DNA of 64,000 bases, from the NCBI GenBank assembly GCA_963693365.1, contig CAVNZM010000005.1, positions 4,595,167 to 4,659,166 of the forward strand, in the 5' to 3' direction. Below the pieces are notes generated by a model. It saw only the letters and a program-made list of their open reading frames with translations, searched no databases and was not told the DNA's origin. Position numbers and translations under genes: made by a program. Origin of the DNA: Amoebidium appalachense (taxonomy: Eukaryota; Protista; Ichthyosporea). The stretch's first letter is position 1; the number at the start of each line of letters is the position of its first letter. Below are positions 39,684 to 55,173 of the stretch, piece by piece.

Positions 39684-39720
<37 letters not shown>

Positions 39721-39729
39721 GCGCACACG

Positions 39730-39786
<57 letters not shown>

Positions 39787-41449
39787 GTGTGGGCATGTGC
39801 TTCCGAATATCTTCCCCGTGCTGTCGGCAGGAAAAGAGGGGCGGGGGAGGGAGGGGGGGGGAAGAAGTCAGTGATGCAGGAATAATGGCCCCGGGGGCCG
39901 GGAAGCAAAGTTTACCTATTCCTTATCACTAGCTACACGTCATATGTTCACTTGCAAACACGCACATGCATATGCCCCCCTCCCTCCCCCCCCCCCCCCC
40001 CCCCCCCCCCCCCCTTTATCCCCGCCCCCCTCCCTTCAACCGCTCCGTGTCACACACGGTGAACCTCCACAGTAACAGTGGGATGCGCACAGGCACACAC
40101 CCAACCAAGCACGCGAGCATACTGGCGCGCACATCACAGACAGATGCACGGGCACGCACATACACACACATCCCACAACTCCTAGCATCAGAGCACTCTT
40201 CCTCTTCCCTCCTGCACCACCACCCCGCAGTGTCTTGCCTACAGTAAACCATACACACAGGCATATGCACACATGCACAAGCACACACACACATACACAC
40301 ATACACACACGCACACACAGACACACCCACCCCAACCCCTCAACCCCACCCCTCACCTCCCAACCCCACACCCCAACACGCACGCACACACACCTTGCAG
40401 TCTTCTTCTCGGTCTTGACCTCCGGGCGTGCGCGGTTGAGGATCTTGAGGGAGTCAGCCACCCGGGCACGCATGCGGCAGTGGAGGTAGGCCTTGCTGCA
40501 CTTGATGTGATAATGCAGGTAGTCACGGAACGTCTGCATGGCCCCCATGCGTGAGACTGGGCCAGTGGCTGCGGTTCACTCATTCATTTACACAATAATG
40601 ATGGAAGGAAACTACACACACTAAGATGTTGGAAAAACTGCCAGCGAGAAGGGGGGGGGGGGGGGAGGGGGGGGGGGGGTAGGGAGGAGGTTGACAGGCA
40701 TACCTGGATCATGTTGATGCAGTTCTCTCTTTGGGGATCCTGGTGCGCGGGACCTTTGAAAGTTGGCGCCTTAAAGTGCCGCGGGAACAACACTGTATTA
40801 GGGAGCAAAAAATCAATATCAGAGTTGACTATTTGCTAAATGTGGACGTGAAATGTAAATTTGAATGTGAAAGATCTCTGGATGTGCCTGCATGGAAGCA
40901 AGCAAGATTGAAACAGCGGCTTTAGGGAGGTGGCGGGACAAAACGGGCAGAAACCGAGAGGTAGGGTATATAGAAAAGAGAGGCAAGGGCCAGAAGGGCG
41001 GGGTTTGTGTATATCTCTTGCATGTGCAAGAACATACGAATGTCATGTACGTGTACACTTAGGCATTTGGATATGTCTGGGTGTGCCAAAACGTCCCGAT
41101 GTGTGCATGTGCGTGCTACTTGAGTGCACGACCACCCTCACAGAATCCCGCATGCATCTGTGCACAGAAACATGTGCTAAACCCGTCAGGCACCCATACC
41201 AGTATCTGTCCACTTGCAAAGGCCTTGTGCAATAAAACAATATCTTTCGATTAACGCCCCCCTTCCAATATCCCAGTTGTACACTTATTGTACTTCTATA
41301 GGCTACATACTCATCCCATTTGAATTGATTCTATAGTCTTCCGATGGTGGTATTTTTTACTTTGTTTCTTCTTTTTTCTTTCTTTTATTTTTATTTTTAT
41401 ACATTTTTCAATTTTTTTTTCTTTTTTCCTTTCTTTCTTCTTTCTTTTC

Positions 41450-41485
<36 letters not shown>

Positions 41486-41486
41486 T

Positions 41487-41517
<31 letters not shown>

Positions 41518-43740
41518 GGGGGGTTACCAAAGGTGACGTAGCTGATGTTTGCCTCTGTCTTGGCATTGAGGCCTGCAAGCTCTGCAGGTGGCTCCTGCAC
41601 ACGTGATTTCCAATTACTATATATGGAAGGTATTCTCACCCTGCCTAAGGCACCATCATCTGGACCTTCTCCCATTCATGCTATTGCCCAAAAAAGATAT
41701 GAAATATCCATGGTGCATGTGTCGAACTTTCTAGCAGCCGCAAGATTTGTGTAATTTAACTCGAATTTTTCAGCAACGGCAAGACTTGTGTGATTTAGCT
41801 CATGTTCCTGCACAGACCAGGCTAATAAGAGATTACAAACCAGAGACAGGAAAATTCTTTTCCTCCTCCCCACCCCCCCCACCCACCCACCCACCCACCC
41901 AACCATCTACCCACCCACACGACAGGCGCAAATTCATTGGCCTCTCCCCGTAACAAAAAAAAAAAAAGAATTCCGTGGTAGGAAGAGACACAATGCATAC
42001 TCATGCTCATGCACTAGCCCTATCTTACTCAACTCCGCCCACCAACCCCACCCCACCCACCTTGCTGAAAATGACTTGTGGTGCCTCCTGCACCTTCTTT
42101 CTGGCATCCACGAACTCCTACACAGGTGCAAGCATTATATTAGTAAACACTCTGCAAACATGCAGAGAGCCGACCCTCCCCCTCCCTCTTCCCCGGGTAC
42201 CCGAGAGCCCGCATTCATGCACGCGCCTGCCCACCTGCCCACCCGCCCGCCCGCCCGCCTGCCCGCCCGCCCGCCTGCCGGCTCTCCCGCCAGCCGACTC
42301 TCCCGCCAGCTCGTCCCCGCACATGCATGCACACCCACGCACACACACGCACACGCACACGCACACGCAAACACGCTCATATGCAATTCGCACGCGCACG
42401 CGCACGCGCACGTGCACACCCACATGCACACCCACATGACAACGTTGCCGCCCCCACAGCCACCACCAAACAGCCTAAACCACCCATTCGTGCAAGAACG
42501 TTCCCCGTGTACCTAAATCCCTCACAACGCATCTCCTGTCCCTCGTCTTAACTACTACTACCCCCCCCCCCCCCACTCCCCCCCCTCAAAATCTCCTTCC
42601 CCTCCCCCACACCCATCCGCCCACCTACACACACACGCACACACACATCCCACCCCCCGACCCCCCACCCCCACCCCCACCCTTCCCCCCAAACACACCC
42701 ACACACCTGCAGGAAGACCTTTCCAATGACCACGTCGTCTGCGTCCTGGAATGTTGTGCTGAAGATGGCCGTCACTCGGTCCGGCTGTGCCTACAACCCA
42801 CAAACGTGTCCTTATACGTACACTCATGGCCTAAACATGCCATTCTCTGTAGCAGCCCCCCCCACACACACAGCCAGATACGGACATACACTTGCATATG
42901 CACAATCCGGATAAACCAAGGGCAACAAAGACAAGTGAGGGCGGAAGGGAGGGGGGGGGGGGGGGGGATGCCAAAAGGAGGGAGTAGTAACACCCTCCCC
43001 ACCCTCCCCCCTCTCCTCCCCCAAGCCCTGCCGCTCTGGAAAAAAAAAGCACACAATTGTGCCCCCCCCCCCCCCCCCCCCCCCAAACATACACACACAC
43101 ACACACACACACACTCAGGCATTCACACGCACGGCTACTGCAGGCACAACATCTTCAATCCGAATCCCCCGTCCGCCTCCCCACATCCCAGAAAAGAAAA
43201 CCAGGAACAAAAAAACACATGGTCCCTGACCAACCCTTCGCTGCAATCCCTCGGTCCCCCCCTCCCCTTACCCGCCAATCACCCCACCTTCCACCCCTCC
43301 CCCCTCCCCCCACCCAAACAACCGTCGAAACCCCTGGCCACCTATCCTCCCCCCACCCTCCCCCCCCACCGACCCACCCACCACCACCACCACCACCACC
43401 ACCATCTACCCACCCCTTTCCCCACACACCAGCAAAGCTCACACCGAGTCTGACATGCAGACATACCCATGGTGTCCCTTACAACTCCTCCACCTTTACC
43501 TCCTTTCACTCTCTCTTTCTCTCTCTCTCTCTCTCCCCCCCCCCCAACCCCCCTCTAGGGGAGGCATGGCATGCACACATGCACGTGGAGACACCTACCA
43601 CGACGTATACGGAAGAGTCACTGCGGTAGTGGATGGCAAGGGGGCTGTCTGACTTGGACTTGGCCTGTTGCAGGTCAAAGCACTGCACCCGCCCCGTGTA
43701 GAGTTTAGTGTGTGCGTGCGCGTGCGTCCGTTCGTGTGTG

Positions 43741-43784
<44 letters not shown>

Positions 43785-44578
43785 TGGAGGGAGGGGGAAG
43801 CACATCTCTCTCCCACCCTTCCTCCGTCCCAGAGCCCCCCCCCCCCCCCTCTTTTTTTTTTTTTTTTGGGGGGGGGGGGGGGGAAGGGGGGGGAGGGGGC
43901 AAATCTTACACATGTCACAGAGGAAGCGAACCTTAACTCAAGGGCTACTTCACGGCTGTTAATGATTATTGCAGTACCAAAGCCCAACCATGTATTGGAC
44001 ATATGGGACAAGGGGATAGGGATCTGTATGCAGAATACATTGAGAAAAATGACCTTCTCTCCAAGGCCGGGCGGGAAGGTGGTGGGGGAGGGGGAAGGGG
44101 GGATTTAGAGGGGGGCGACAAGGTGCCCCCGGGGGGGGGGGGGGGGGGGGGGGGGAGGGGGCACAGAACGATCAAGAAGCTGTGTGCTAAGAAATGCGCC
44201 TGTATACAAGCACTGCCTCATCAACGCGAAATGAAAGAAGAAGAAAATGGGACGGCAAAGGGCACATGCAAGCAAATGGGGGAAGAAGGTGAAAAATAGA
44301 GAAGTGGATACGTACTTGTATTTGTGTGTGTAAAGGTATGTGTTGGAGGCCAGATGGGGGGGGGGGGGGGGGGGATTGCCTTTTCAAAGGGTGCAGCAAA
44401 AACGTTGCGCTTGAGCAGAGAGCATTTCCTGATGACGTCCTCCTGGGGCTCGGGGGGGTTCTCCAGGTCGATCAGCAGAGACACGTCGTAGCCCTGCTCT
44501 GGGGTCGTCACAAGCCCCTTGTACTCCCGCTCAAGAACATCCTTGGCACCTGCTGCCTCCAGGTCCCTACGTTTGTTT

Positions 44579-44669
<91 letters not shown>

Positions 44670-45352
44670 TATACATTAGAGAGTGAGAACAACCAAAGAA
44701 ACTACATGTGCATGGTAGTCTCCAAGGCTTTGTACCCGCTGGCTTACGTAATTGGCCGGGGCGGCCTACGACGCTGCGGGACGTCTCCGGCCAGGTCCTT
44801 CTGGCTGTAATGACCAATCAGATCACTCAATATGTGATGACCAATCGGAATGCTTTAAAGTTTTAACGCAAATTTTCAATCTTATGAAGTTAAAAAGCCT
44901 GGGCAGGCGGATCATGTCTTATTTTTACTAATAGGCTGGGCCTGCGTCATTTTGAACCAATCTCCGTAAATCTAGATCTGATTACACGCGATCAAACTTT
45001 GTCTAATGACTGTCGCCTGCGGCAACATACAAGGTATGTTATAGGCCGCAGGGAGACAGCACTCAAAGTGACTATGTGCATGGGGAGTCATTGGGGACTT
45101 AATGGGGGAGACAGTAAAAAGGAGGGGGGGGAACCAACTGTATAGGGGAGAAGGGGGTAAGCATGAAGAAAGCACACAAGTGGTACGGTGAATGACAACG
45201 AGTGTAAAAAATAACACAGAAGTTTGCAGCATGGGGTTCGTGGGGAGGGAGGAGGTGAAGTCCTCCTCGGCATTTAGTTTGAGGAAAGTGGAGGGAAGCC
45301 ATATAACAACCCGTGCGTGACACAATCATTGAGTGTATGCATGAACTGCAAC

Positions 45353-45389
<37 letters not shown>

Positions 45390-45591
45390 GTGATCACAGA
45401 CGCCTTTGATCCTGCAATCTTACAACAAACGGGATTTTGCTTCAAATGGCAAAGACAGAAAAAATGCACCCGTACCATCTCATCGTGTGTGTGCCTGTGC
45501 ATGTGTGTGTAACATGTCTATTGTGGGTGGCTTCGAAGGGGAGGGAGGGCGAGGATTGGGGAAGGGGGGGGGGGGGGGGGTTGTACAAAAG

Positions 45592-45672
<81 letters not shown>

Positions 45673-47265
45673 CGTGTGTGCGTGTGTGTATGTGCGGTGT
45701 GTGTGTGTGTGTGTGTGGTGCACGCGCGGGCGTGCGCACATGTGCCTGTGTGTGTACGTGTGTGGTGTGTGCGTGGTGTGCCTGTCAATGCTTGTGTTGA
45801 GGATGTGCAGGCCGTGTTGAGGATGTGCATGCGGGCAGGACAAGAACAACATGTGTGCATGTGGCGTATGGGCTGAGTGTAAGCATTTGAGCATATCATG
45901 TGTGTGTGTGCACGACTGCCTGAGTGAGTGTGTGTGCCCACGCACGTGTGTGTGCAGATATGAGTATGTATCTGCTTGTCTGTGTGTAGCTGGGGTATGT
46001 TGTGTGTTGTGTGTATGTGGTGCGCGTGCGTGTGTGCCTGCCTCTGCGCGAAGGTGTGCGGATATTATATGTGAGGAACCAGTACAGTTAATCTTCCAGG
46101 CACGACAGTTGAAGTTGTTCAGAATTTATATATATATATATTCAAAAACTTGTTCAGAATTTATATATATATATATTCAAAAACTCTCCTAGAACACAAC
46201 AAATGGACTCATTTTGTTATACGTTCAGGTGAACAACTTGTCATGGCCAACCGGCAATGGTGCGCCCCTCCTCCCCCCCCCCCCCCCCCCCTCCCACCCA
46301 GCCATCACCGACACCCACCCAGCCACTCCCAGACTCTTCTTCTCCACCCCCCCCCCCTCCCTTCCCCTACCACCATCACCACCCCCCCCCCCCCCCCCCC
46401 AGCTCCCTCTACCCAGCTCCGTCTCCCTCGCCCCTCTTCCCCCCTTTCCCCCTCCCCCCCAACCCCCTTTCCCCCCCACCACCACCACCACCACCACACA
46501 CACACACACACACACACACGAACCACACATTATTCCGTGACTCACCGCTCTATTTGTAAATATCATACCCATCCACAAAACAACACGTTTAGTCCTTTCA
46601 CACGAGCATATATAAAAAACCGAAAATAACAATTTTTTCACAAAAGCAAATGTGAAAGCTATGACCTAGAGCCCACTGGTCCCCCGGCAAATCCATGCAC
46701 ACTTACTTGTAGCACGACCACTTCAAACTGAGCAGAACTTTCGTTTTGGACTCGGGGGTGGTCATGTGATAGAGGACTCCGTCAAAGTCGGTGGCAATAA
46801 GCTCAATCGCCTCCGGCTTGTCCGAGAGCCTGTCAAACACCATGTTTAGCACAGCTTCAAAAAAAGGGGTTCGAGTGATTCCAGCTAGATCTCTGCTTGC
46901 TACGCACCGCCTTTTGCAATCAGTATTGGTTTATACAACGAACTAGAACCTTCCAAAAAGCCTGATATATCGTTTACATTTGCTTGCTATATGCTTTAGA
47001 CGCAGGTGAAACTAGCCGGCAGTCCTCGACTTTCCCGAAGGCATCCGGTTTGAGCCACAACCGAAAGATGAGGCATGTCATCTCCTACCTTCAACCCCTC
47101 CCACCAACCCCATCCTCCCCATCCTCCCCGTCCATCCTCCCCTATTCTACTACTTGTTAGCCTTCTATTTCCCTGACTATAAAAACCACTCAGGAAAACT
47201 CACGAGCTGAAAGCCCTTCGGAGGGCATCCTCGACAATCCTGTTGTGGAACTCGAGCAGAATCAT
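39637..47265 (-). CDS. ARPC2: Arp2/3 complex subunit 2 (p34-Arc), 10 exons, complete
   Basis: Exons 47265-47204, 46829-46707, 44566-44380, 43682-43599, 42790-42707, 42117-42061, 41594-41528, 40792-40704, 40533-40394, 39661-39637. Motifs [89 protein letters not shown] and SGKTF. Confidence 0.97.
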
Positions 47266-48524
47266 GTTTGCTGCGTAGACCACACAGTGCTAGGCAAACT
47301 TTTGGTATTATCACTTCTAGAGTGTACCGTAGTACCAAAAGCTCAGCTTATACTCACTAGTCCACGCTTTGCTATATTAGACAATTTCAAGCCAAGATCC
47401 CAACAAGAAAAATAAGCATTTCTCGCTCACTCGAGTTCGGTAAGTTGTAAGCTCAGTTTTGAAACAGGGAAAGGAAGAAAAAAAATCAGCAAAAAAGCCA
47501 AATTCCAGATATTGCATTTTCATACCACGGCGATCTACGGGCAAGAGTTGCATGATTTGACATGAAAAATGTGCTGCAAAAATCATTTCTTGCAAGGATA
47601 TCTTGGTGTGATATTACTCAGAGTGGCTCAGTGGGGCTAAATGTGCGTATAAGAAAGTTAATGAAGGAGGGCTTTATCAAGAATATAATAATTATTATTT
47701 TTGAGCTTTTTCTTATACCTTTTGCTACCTTTCAGGGCACATGACAAAGTTTAGTGGGACTAAAATATTGGATTTATCTATATGATTATTTATTATATCT
47801 AATAGATTGAGCCGATTTCGATTGGTTATTCGTTAACGGATCTTTCCAAAACTTGCTTCTGATTGGTACATCGCTAGATGCATCAAGATCGACAGGGCAC
47901 TGAACCGAAAAGATTCACAATCAAAGCATATCTTCTTCACTTGAATTTTTTCCCCCACTCAGCAAACCAGCCGTAAGTTTTTTTTAGATATAGACTATTT
48001 CTGAGGTTGTGCATTTAACTAGTATACAGTATACACGGTTCATATATATTCATCGTTGGAGCAATTCTTGGAGTTGGTAGGAAATTGAACCTAGCTAGCC
48101 CCTAAAATTAGACTGTATGTGCATGCATAAGCGGATTTAAATGTGGCCTTTGCAAGCCTGCACTTTCCACCTAATCTTACTCGAATATAGATCTTTTGGC
48201 CTGCTTAATATTATTGCAATCATTTAGAAATAATGCCAGAGCTTACTCACGTGTCCTGAAAGCACGTTTGCACACCTGGATTTGGTGGACGTCATGTACG
48301 GATATCCTCCACTTCACCTTCCTATGGACAAACCTTCTTGCCTAAAAACCTTCAACATAGCCTACATATTTATTCTCTTTCTCTTTTATTTTTGACCCCA
48401 CTATATTCAATATCGAGCTGGCTATTGGGCCTTAATCGAGGGCCCTACATATTTTCCCGCCCAGCACCACGCTTCGGCGGCACACCGCCACGCGCACCTA
48501 GGCCTAGTGATGGGGGCCGGGAAA

Positions 48525-49262
48525 ATGGCTGCCACAGATGGACATACGCCCATTTCAAGTGTGCTCAGATTGTCTCTCGCAATTCTAGTTTGGTATGTGC
48601 AAGTAGCTGTTCATGCATCGAGTCTTGACCCGAGCCACATAGATACACGTGTTCCTTTCAACGGCTTGGAAAGCGCCGGAGTGAAAAGAGATGCAGGTTC
48701 GGCCCCGGTGACGTTGGAGGACGGGTTTAGGTGCATGTTCTCAAAGCACCTGTCGGACTACATGGTGCAGAGGCACTGGGTGGAGTTCAGCAGCAACTTG
48801 AATGATTTTGGTATGTATCATCGGATCGTTCTGTTTGTTCGTAATCAGACGAGTATTGTTGGTTGGTACTATAAACTCACAACCCACCACCACCACCCAT
48901 AGCTATACACAGGTGCGCGCGCGCGCGCACGCACACACACAAGCACACACGCACACAGACACACACCCAGAGCACAGACACACAGAGACACAAAAATTTG
49001 GCCCACAACCACAATTAACACCAATCATTTACTAAACCATATCTGTCTTTGGAGAGTATGTAGCCCATGTGAAGAAGCAGGTTGTAATGTTGGAGTTGGT
49101 GCAAGTGTTTTTCTACAAATCAGATCCTGAAGCTGTTAGATATATTCCGCTTACACATGCAAAATTTTCTACAGTAGTTATTGCTGAGATTCATGCATGC
49201 GCAGGTATTATGGATTTTTGCACAAGTTTATGTGGATGTACAAGTGTGTGCGTGCGAGTGTG

Positions 49263-49358
<96 letters not shown>

Positions 49359-49469
49359 TCTGTGCGTGCGTGCGTCCGCGCGTGCGTGCTTCCTTACGTG
49401 CGCGCGTGCGTGCGTGCGTGCGTGGCTGTGCGTGCCTGCCTGCCTTGAGTGCGTGCGTGCGCGTGTGTG

Positions 49470-49537
<68 letters not shown>

Positions 49538-49769
49538 TGTGTCCGTGTGTGCATGCGTGTGTGCGTTTTGTGCGTGCATGCGTGCGTGCGAGCGGAGGGG
49601 CGGAGGGACAAGCGGGCGCCCGCGGGCGCGGGCGTGCGCGCGTGGGCGGGCGCGGGGGCTCGCGGGCGGTGTACATTTGGGCATGTCTGCTTGTGTGCTG
49701 AACACTTGTGTTCATCCATGTCTACGTGTTTCTGTGTGTGTGTGTGTGTGTGTATGTGTGTGTGCGCGT

Positions 49770-49845
<76 letters not shown>

Positions 49846-50448
49846 TTGCGTGTCTGTATGTGTGTGCGTGTGCTTGTGTGCGTGTGTGTGTGTGTGTGTG
49901 TGCCGCTGGCGTGCATGTGTGCATTCGTGCACACCGGCACGTATCCCTTTGAGCGGGCAGGTGGGCGGACGTTCATGCTCACAGTGCACGTGTGTGTTTG
50001 TGTTCACGTTTGGGTGCTTATGGTATGGGGCATGGGTCCGTGTATGCACGTGTGCATGTGTGCTTTCTTACTCGAGGTGTGTGTGGTGTGCTCTATGTTC
50101 GCTTGTGTCCATGTGCACTTATTACTAAGTAAGCGAGCATGCACTCGTGCTTGTGGACGTATGCGGATGTTTCTACCGTGTGTAAACATGCCGTGCATCA
50201 ATGTGTGACGTGCAACACTGCTGGCTTTAAGTCATGATATTATTATTACCAGTAGTACAAATGATTTTTGGTCATGACTCATGCCCCCGCGGACCGGAAG
50301 GGGGGTGGGGAAAGGGGGGGGGGGGGGGGGGAGGGGGACGAATTTCGAATCAAATTTATTTGCTTTTCTTTCTTACTATTACTAGTAGTGATTTCAAAGT
50401 TGTGCATGCACTCAATGATTTTCATTGCGCAAGCTTTTGTGACTTTTT

Positions 50449-50483
<35 letters not shown>

Positions 50484-51035
50484 GGGGGGGGGGGGGGGGG
50501 GGAAGAGGGGAAGGGGGGACGTGAAGTAGATAGTCTGTAGTACTTTTTTAGTCATCGACTAGTTGCATACCTCTCATAATTCACTCCGGCGACACTGAAT
50601 GAGAAGTCCCTACCCTCAGGGCTTGGGTTGCGGCTGATCGTTTTTGCTAATGTATGCTAGTAAGGGATGTGTGTGCCCTAACCAAACCACTCACAACTCC
50701 AACCAAACACTTTGAAATGCCATGATGTAATATTAGTGCTACAGTACACCCACGTACACATGTAACCGCAGGTTGGTGTTAATGACCCACCAACCACCTA
50801 ACCACCAGTATATCCCCCTCCAGGCATATCCAACCCACAGGAGATAGCCGCACTCCTGGGCCACATTGCGCACGAGTCCTCCCACCTGACCCGCATGAAG
50901 GAATACTGTGCCGATGACGTCACCACGTGCCCCTTCAACGCCTACACCACCTACCCTGAGAACAAGCCGTGGTGCAATGTCCCTGCCCCACCCGGAAAGT
51001 ATGCCTCCTGATTATGAGCCCTGTTTTTCACATAT

Positions 51036-51083
<48 letters not shown>

Positions 51084-51557
51084 AAAAAAAAACCTTGATA
51101 ACTTGATAAAATAAATTAAATTAAATTAAATTAAAAAGGGTTCGACCTTCAGGCGTTGAAAATCCCCCCCCCCCCCCCCCCCCCCCCCAACTCCCTCCCC
51201 CCTCCCCCTCAGCCCCTACCTATTCTCTCCGGCCTTCGTCCCCTACATCCGCCCCCATCATCCCACCCCCCACCCTCCTTGCTCCCCTCTCACCCCCTTG
51301 TCCCACACAAAAGAACGAGTATAAAACTTTCGAAAAGGGCAGGGGGGAGGGGAGGGAGAGAGGGGGGGGGGGGGGGGGGAGGGGGGGAGGGGGGAGGGAG
51401 GGGGGAGGCAGGAGGAATGGAGTGCAACATCATCGCATATCATACATAAAACTAAACGTTTTTAGGCTAGATCTCAACGCCATCCTCACTACTGTAACAC
51501 ACTCCTTGCCTCCCCTGCCCCTCCCTCCCCCTTTGGGAACCCTCCCCCTCCTCCCCC

Positions 51558-51588
<31 letters not shown>

Positions 51589-52437
51589 ACGTGCACACAC
51601 ACACACACTACACACTAGACAATACTATGGCCGTGGACCCCTGCAACTTACATGGCACTGCAACTACCACTCTGCCGGGCAGCGACTAGGGCTGGATCTG
51701 GTTTCGAACCCTGACCTGGTGTCGGATGACTTGCACGTGGCACATGCTACAGCTATGCTTTTTTGGACCACACCAAGACCCGGGCACGTGGAGGGGGAGG
51801 AGGGATCACTGGGATATTATGCAAAAAGGTAATGTTGGGGTGGGATGGAAAACTAGGGAAAAGGGTGGTGGCGGTGGGAGGAGGGGGTGGGGGGGGGGAG
51901 GGAGGTGCTTGAACAGTGAGAGTCGTTTTTTGTTCCTGCCACGTGCGAAGGGCACGCAGACGACCGGGGGGGGGGGGGGGGGAAGGGGGGAAGGAAGGGG
52001 GAGAGGGGGAGTGTGGGGATAGTGAGGCACACAGCAACTGGTGCACTGGGAAGGAGAGGGGAGGGGGGGAGAGGGGGGCAAGTCGCCAAGTTGATAGGGT
52101 GCGGGTGGTCTTGTGGGAGAGGGAAGAAGATTTTCTATAGTATGGGTAGAAAAAGAAGTGGGAAGGGGGGAGGAAACGGGGTGTGTTTGTGGGGAGGGGA
52201 GGGAGGGGGTATGTGATATGCAGAGAAGGAGAGGCAAAGGGGAAAGTGGTGGTGGTGGGTGGGTGGGTGGGGGGGGGGGGGGGGGGGGGGGGGGGACGGG
52301 GCAAAAATAGACGAGGGAGCAGAGGGCCCCCGGGCGGCCTGGAAGGGGAGGGGGGGGGGGGGGGGGGGGGGGGGATGATTGCGCTCAAATTAGAACTTTG
52401 GTAAATGGGCTGGGTTCTTATACCGACTTTCCAACCT

Positions 52438-52488
<51 letters not shown>

Positions 52489-52542
52489 ACACCCCACCCC
52501 CACCCCCCCCGTCCGCCCGCCCGCCCGCCCACCCGCCCCTTC

Positions 52543-52594
<52 letters not shown>

Positions 52595-53721
52595 GGGGAT
52601 AGGGGAGAGATGGGAGGTAGTAAAGGGCACCATCCCCGTTGATTATGATGAAATATCATGGCCTCACTGATTTACATCCGAGAGCGTCAAAATAATGAAA
52701 TCACCAAACCCTATCAGGGGGGAGTTCAATCGCACCACTGACCGGATCAACGGCTATGTGGAGTGCAACAAGTACGACGCACAGGCACAGAGGGTGGACC
52801 TCTACCAGAAAGCACGTGTGTGCATGGGGTTGGAGAGGGAGACAGACACGGGGAAGATGTACTGCGGCACGGTGGATGCACCCCAGAGCTTTGAGAAGGT
52901 TAATGGCACGTGTGCACCGTATACGGTTAAGGTGGCGGATTCCTTCTGCGAGGTGGCCTTCAAGTGAGTATTGCTGGGAAACATATTTAAATTCTTATCC
53001 CCCCGAACTATTGGATAACCTCCGGGTGCTCATTCTCAACCTGCATTTTTTGACCTGTCAGAGAAGAACTTCGGAGTTACAAATTTTATTGCTTCGCGCA
53101 TTGCCCTCTGAACTTGAGTTGCCATAACATTTGCAATATAACGTTATCTGGAAAAGATAGAAAGCCCATGATGATTCAAGTAACTATTGTTTGACCTCCA
53201 AAAGAAGCAAAAAAAAATGAACTTCAGGGAACTAGGTGATGTTGGGTAGTGGCATGAGCCAAATGTCCTACCACGCACATGTGATATTTGATATTGCCCG
53301 CTCACACATAATGTGTGGGTTTCAGGCACAATGTGAGTAGCTGCTGTGTGATTCCACCCACTGCCATCATCGACCGGACCACCCTTGCACCCAGCACAAA
53401 GAACCTCCATGCAGACCAGGAGGTTGCCCCCCCCTCCCCCCCCCCCCCCCCCCCTCTCCCCCCCCCCCCCCCCCTCCCCCCCCCCCCCCCCTTTCCCCCC
53501 CCCCTCCCCCCACCCCCCCTCCCCCCGGCCCCGCCCCGCCCCAAAACCACCGCTCCCATTCACCCCCAATTCTCCACCCTTCATCCCATTTCACCCAACA
53601 CCCCACCCTGCCCTTCTACCACACTCCCCCAATCTCACCCTTCCCGGATTTTTCAAAGTTGTAGGCATTGGAAAAGGTTGCTCGTGTCTCAATAATACTT
53701 GCTCGTCTACGTTGCCAGCCA

Positions 53722-53765
<44 letters not shown>

Positions 53766-54776
53766 ACCCCCACCGCCACCACCGCACCACCACCACCACC
53801 AAAATCTTTATACCCTCCAACCCCACCACACCCATCACACGTTGCACCACAACCCACCTCTAAGCAAAGCCATTGTATCCTGCCTATCACACCAAGTCAC
53901 CAAACATTCAATGATGTTTACTAACCCCGTAAACACAACCGTACATGTGTGTAGGTGTTCATTTGCCCAACAGCACCGCACCAGCGCTACTGTGTTGCCC
54001 CGGACATAGGGGAAGAAATATATTCCATCGCAGATCACAAGATTGCCGATATGATCAGCGCCACACTCCCAGAGGTGCAGGTGCACGTACAGTACCGATA
54101 TGGGTGGTCTTCGGGGTATGAGGCTACAGTGTCGATGACTTTTACCAATCCTGCTGATGCTGCTAAGTGGCAGGTAGGCATCATATGGGTTCTTATCTGC
54201 CTTCCTCTTCTATCTACGCAGGTTGGATTTCATTCCGACTCGTGCGCACGTACCATAACCATACATGTACAAAGCACTATCGTGTTCACATGCGTACGGT
54301 GCGTTACCGGCGCTCACCTATGTGCTCAGCCCACCCACCCAACCTCATACACCCACACCACGCATAAACGTGCACATGGGATAATGTTAAAAAATGCCGT
54401 GCACAGAACTGCTCCATGCACATATCCGCACTTTCTGTCCCCCCCCCCCCCCCCCCCCCCCCCCCCACCCCCTCGCCTCCCCCCTGCCCCCCTCTCCCCC
54501 TCCCCCCCAATCAGCCATCATCCATAAATCTGTGATATCCCAGGCATGCAAATTAATAGCTGCAAAGGTTTGCTCAGCCACATTGTGATCGAAAGGTAAC
54601 ATCAAGCGTTCGAAATCACAGCTCACGTTTGACCTTGGCACTTCCGCGCTGCTGCACGTGTTCATGGCCACTCTGGTCTCAGCCAACCCACCAACTATCC
54701 GCTCCTCTCTGGCCGGGGAAAGGAACAGTCCACACAGCGCTGTTACTACTTTCAACATTGCGGTACATATTCCCCT

Positions 54777-54813
<37 letters not shown>

Positions 54814-55140
54814 CCCACGCCCCAAAGCCCTTCGAGGCTCTGGAGCACAACCATTTTTCTGTCTCCTCCTTCGTCCCCGGTTCTTGGTTTGACACGAACA
54901 CCATAATGATTAAGTTTATTTTCTATCCTGCACTTTTTGCACAGTGGGCTGTGCAGTAGCTGTTGCTCCAGCCTAACCCAGCCCACGTCCCCCCCCCCCC
55001 CCCCCCCCTCCCCTTCCCCTTCCCCTCTCTACCACCACCACCACCACCACAAAAAAAAAAAAAAAAAAAAAAAAAACCACCCTGTGATTCCTGCCCGCAG
55101 TCCCCCCTCCCCCCTCTCCCTACCCCCCGCGGCCCCCCCT

Positions 55141-55173
<33 letters not shown>

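Noticed and set aside
44830-44985. GTGATGA...CTGA pair resembling a C/D snoRNA
   Set aside because: Antisense to the ARPC2 host intron, no clear terminal stem and no recognisable rRNA guide.
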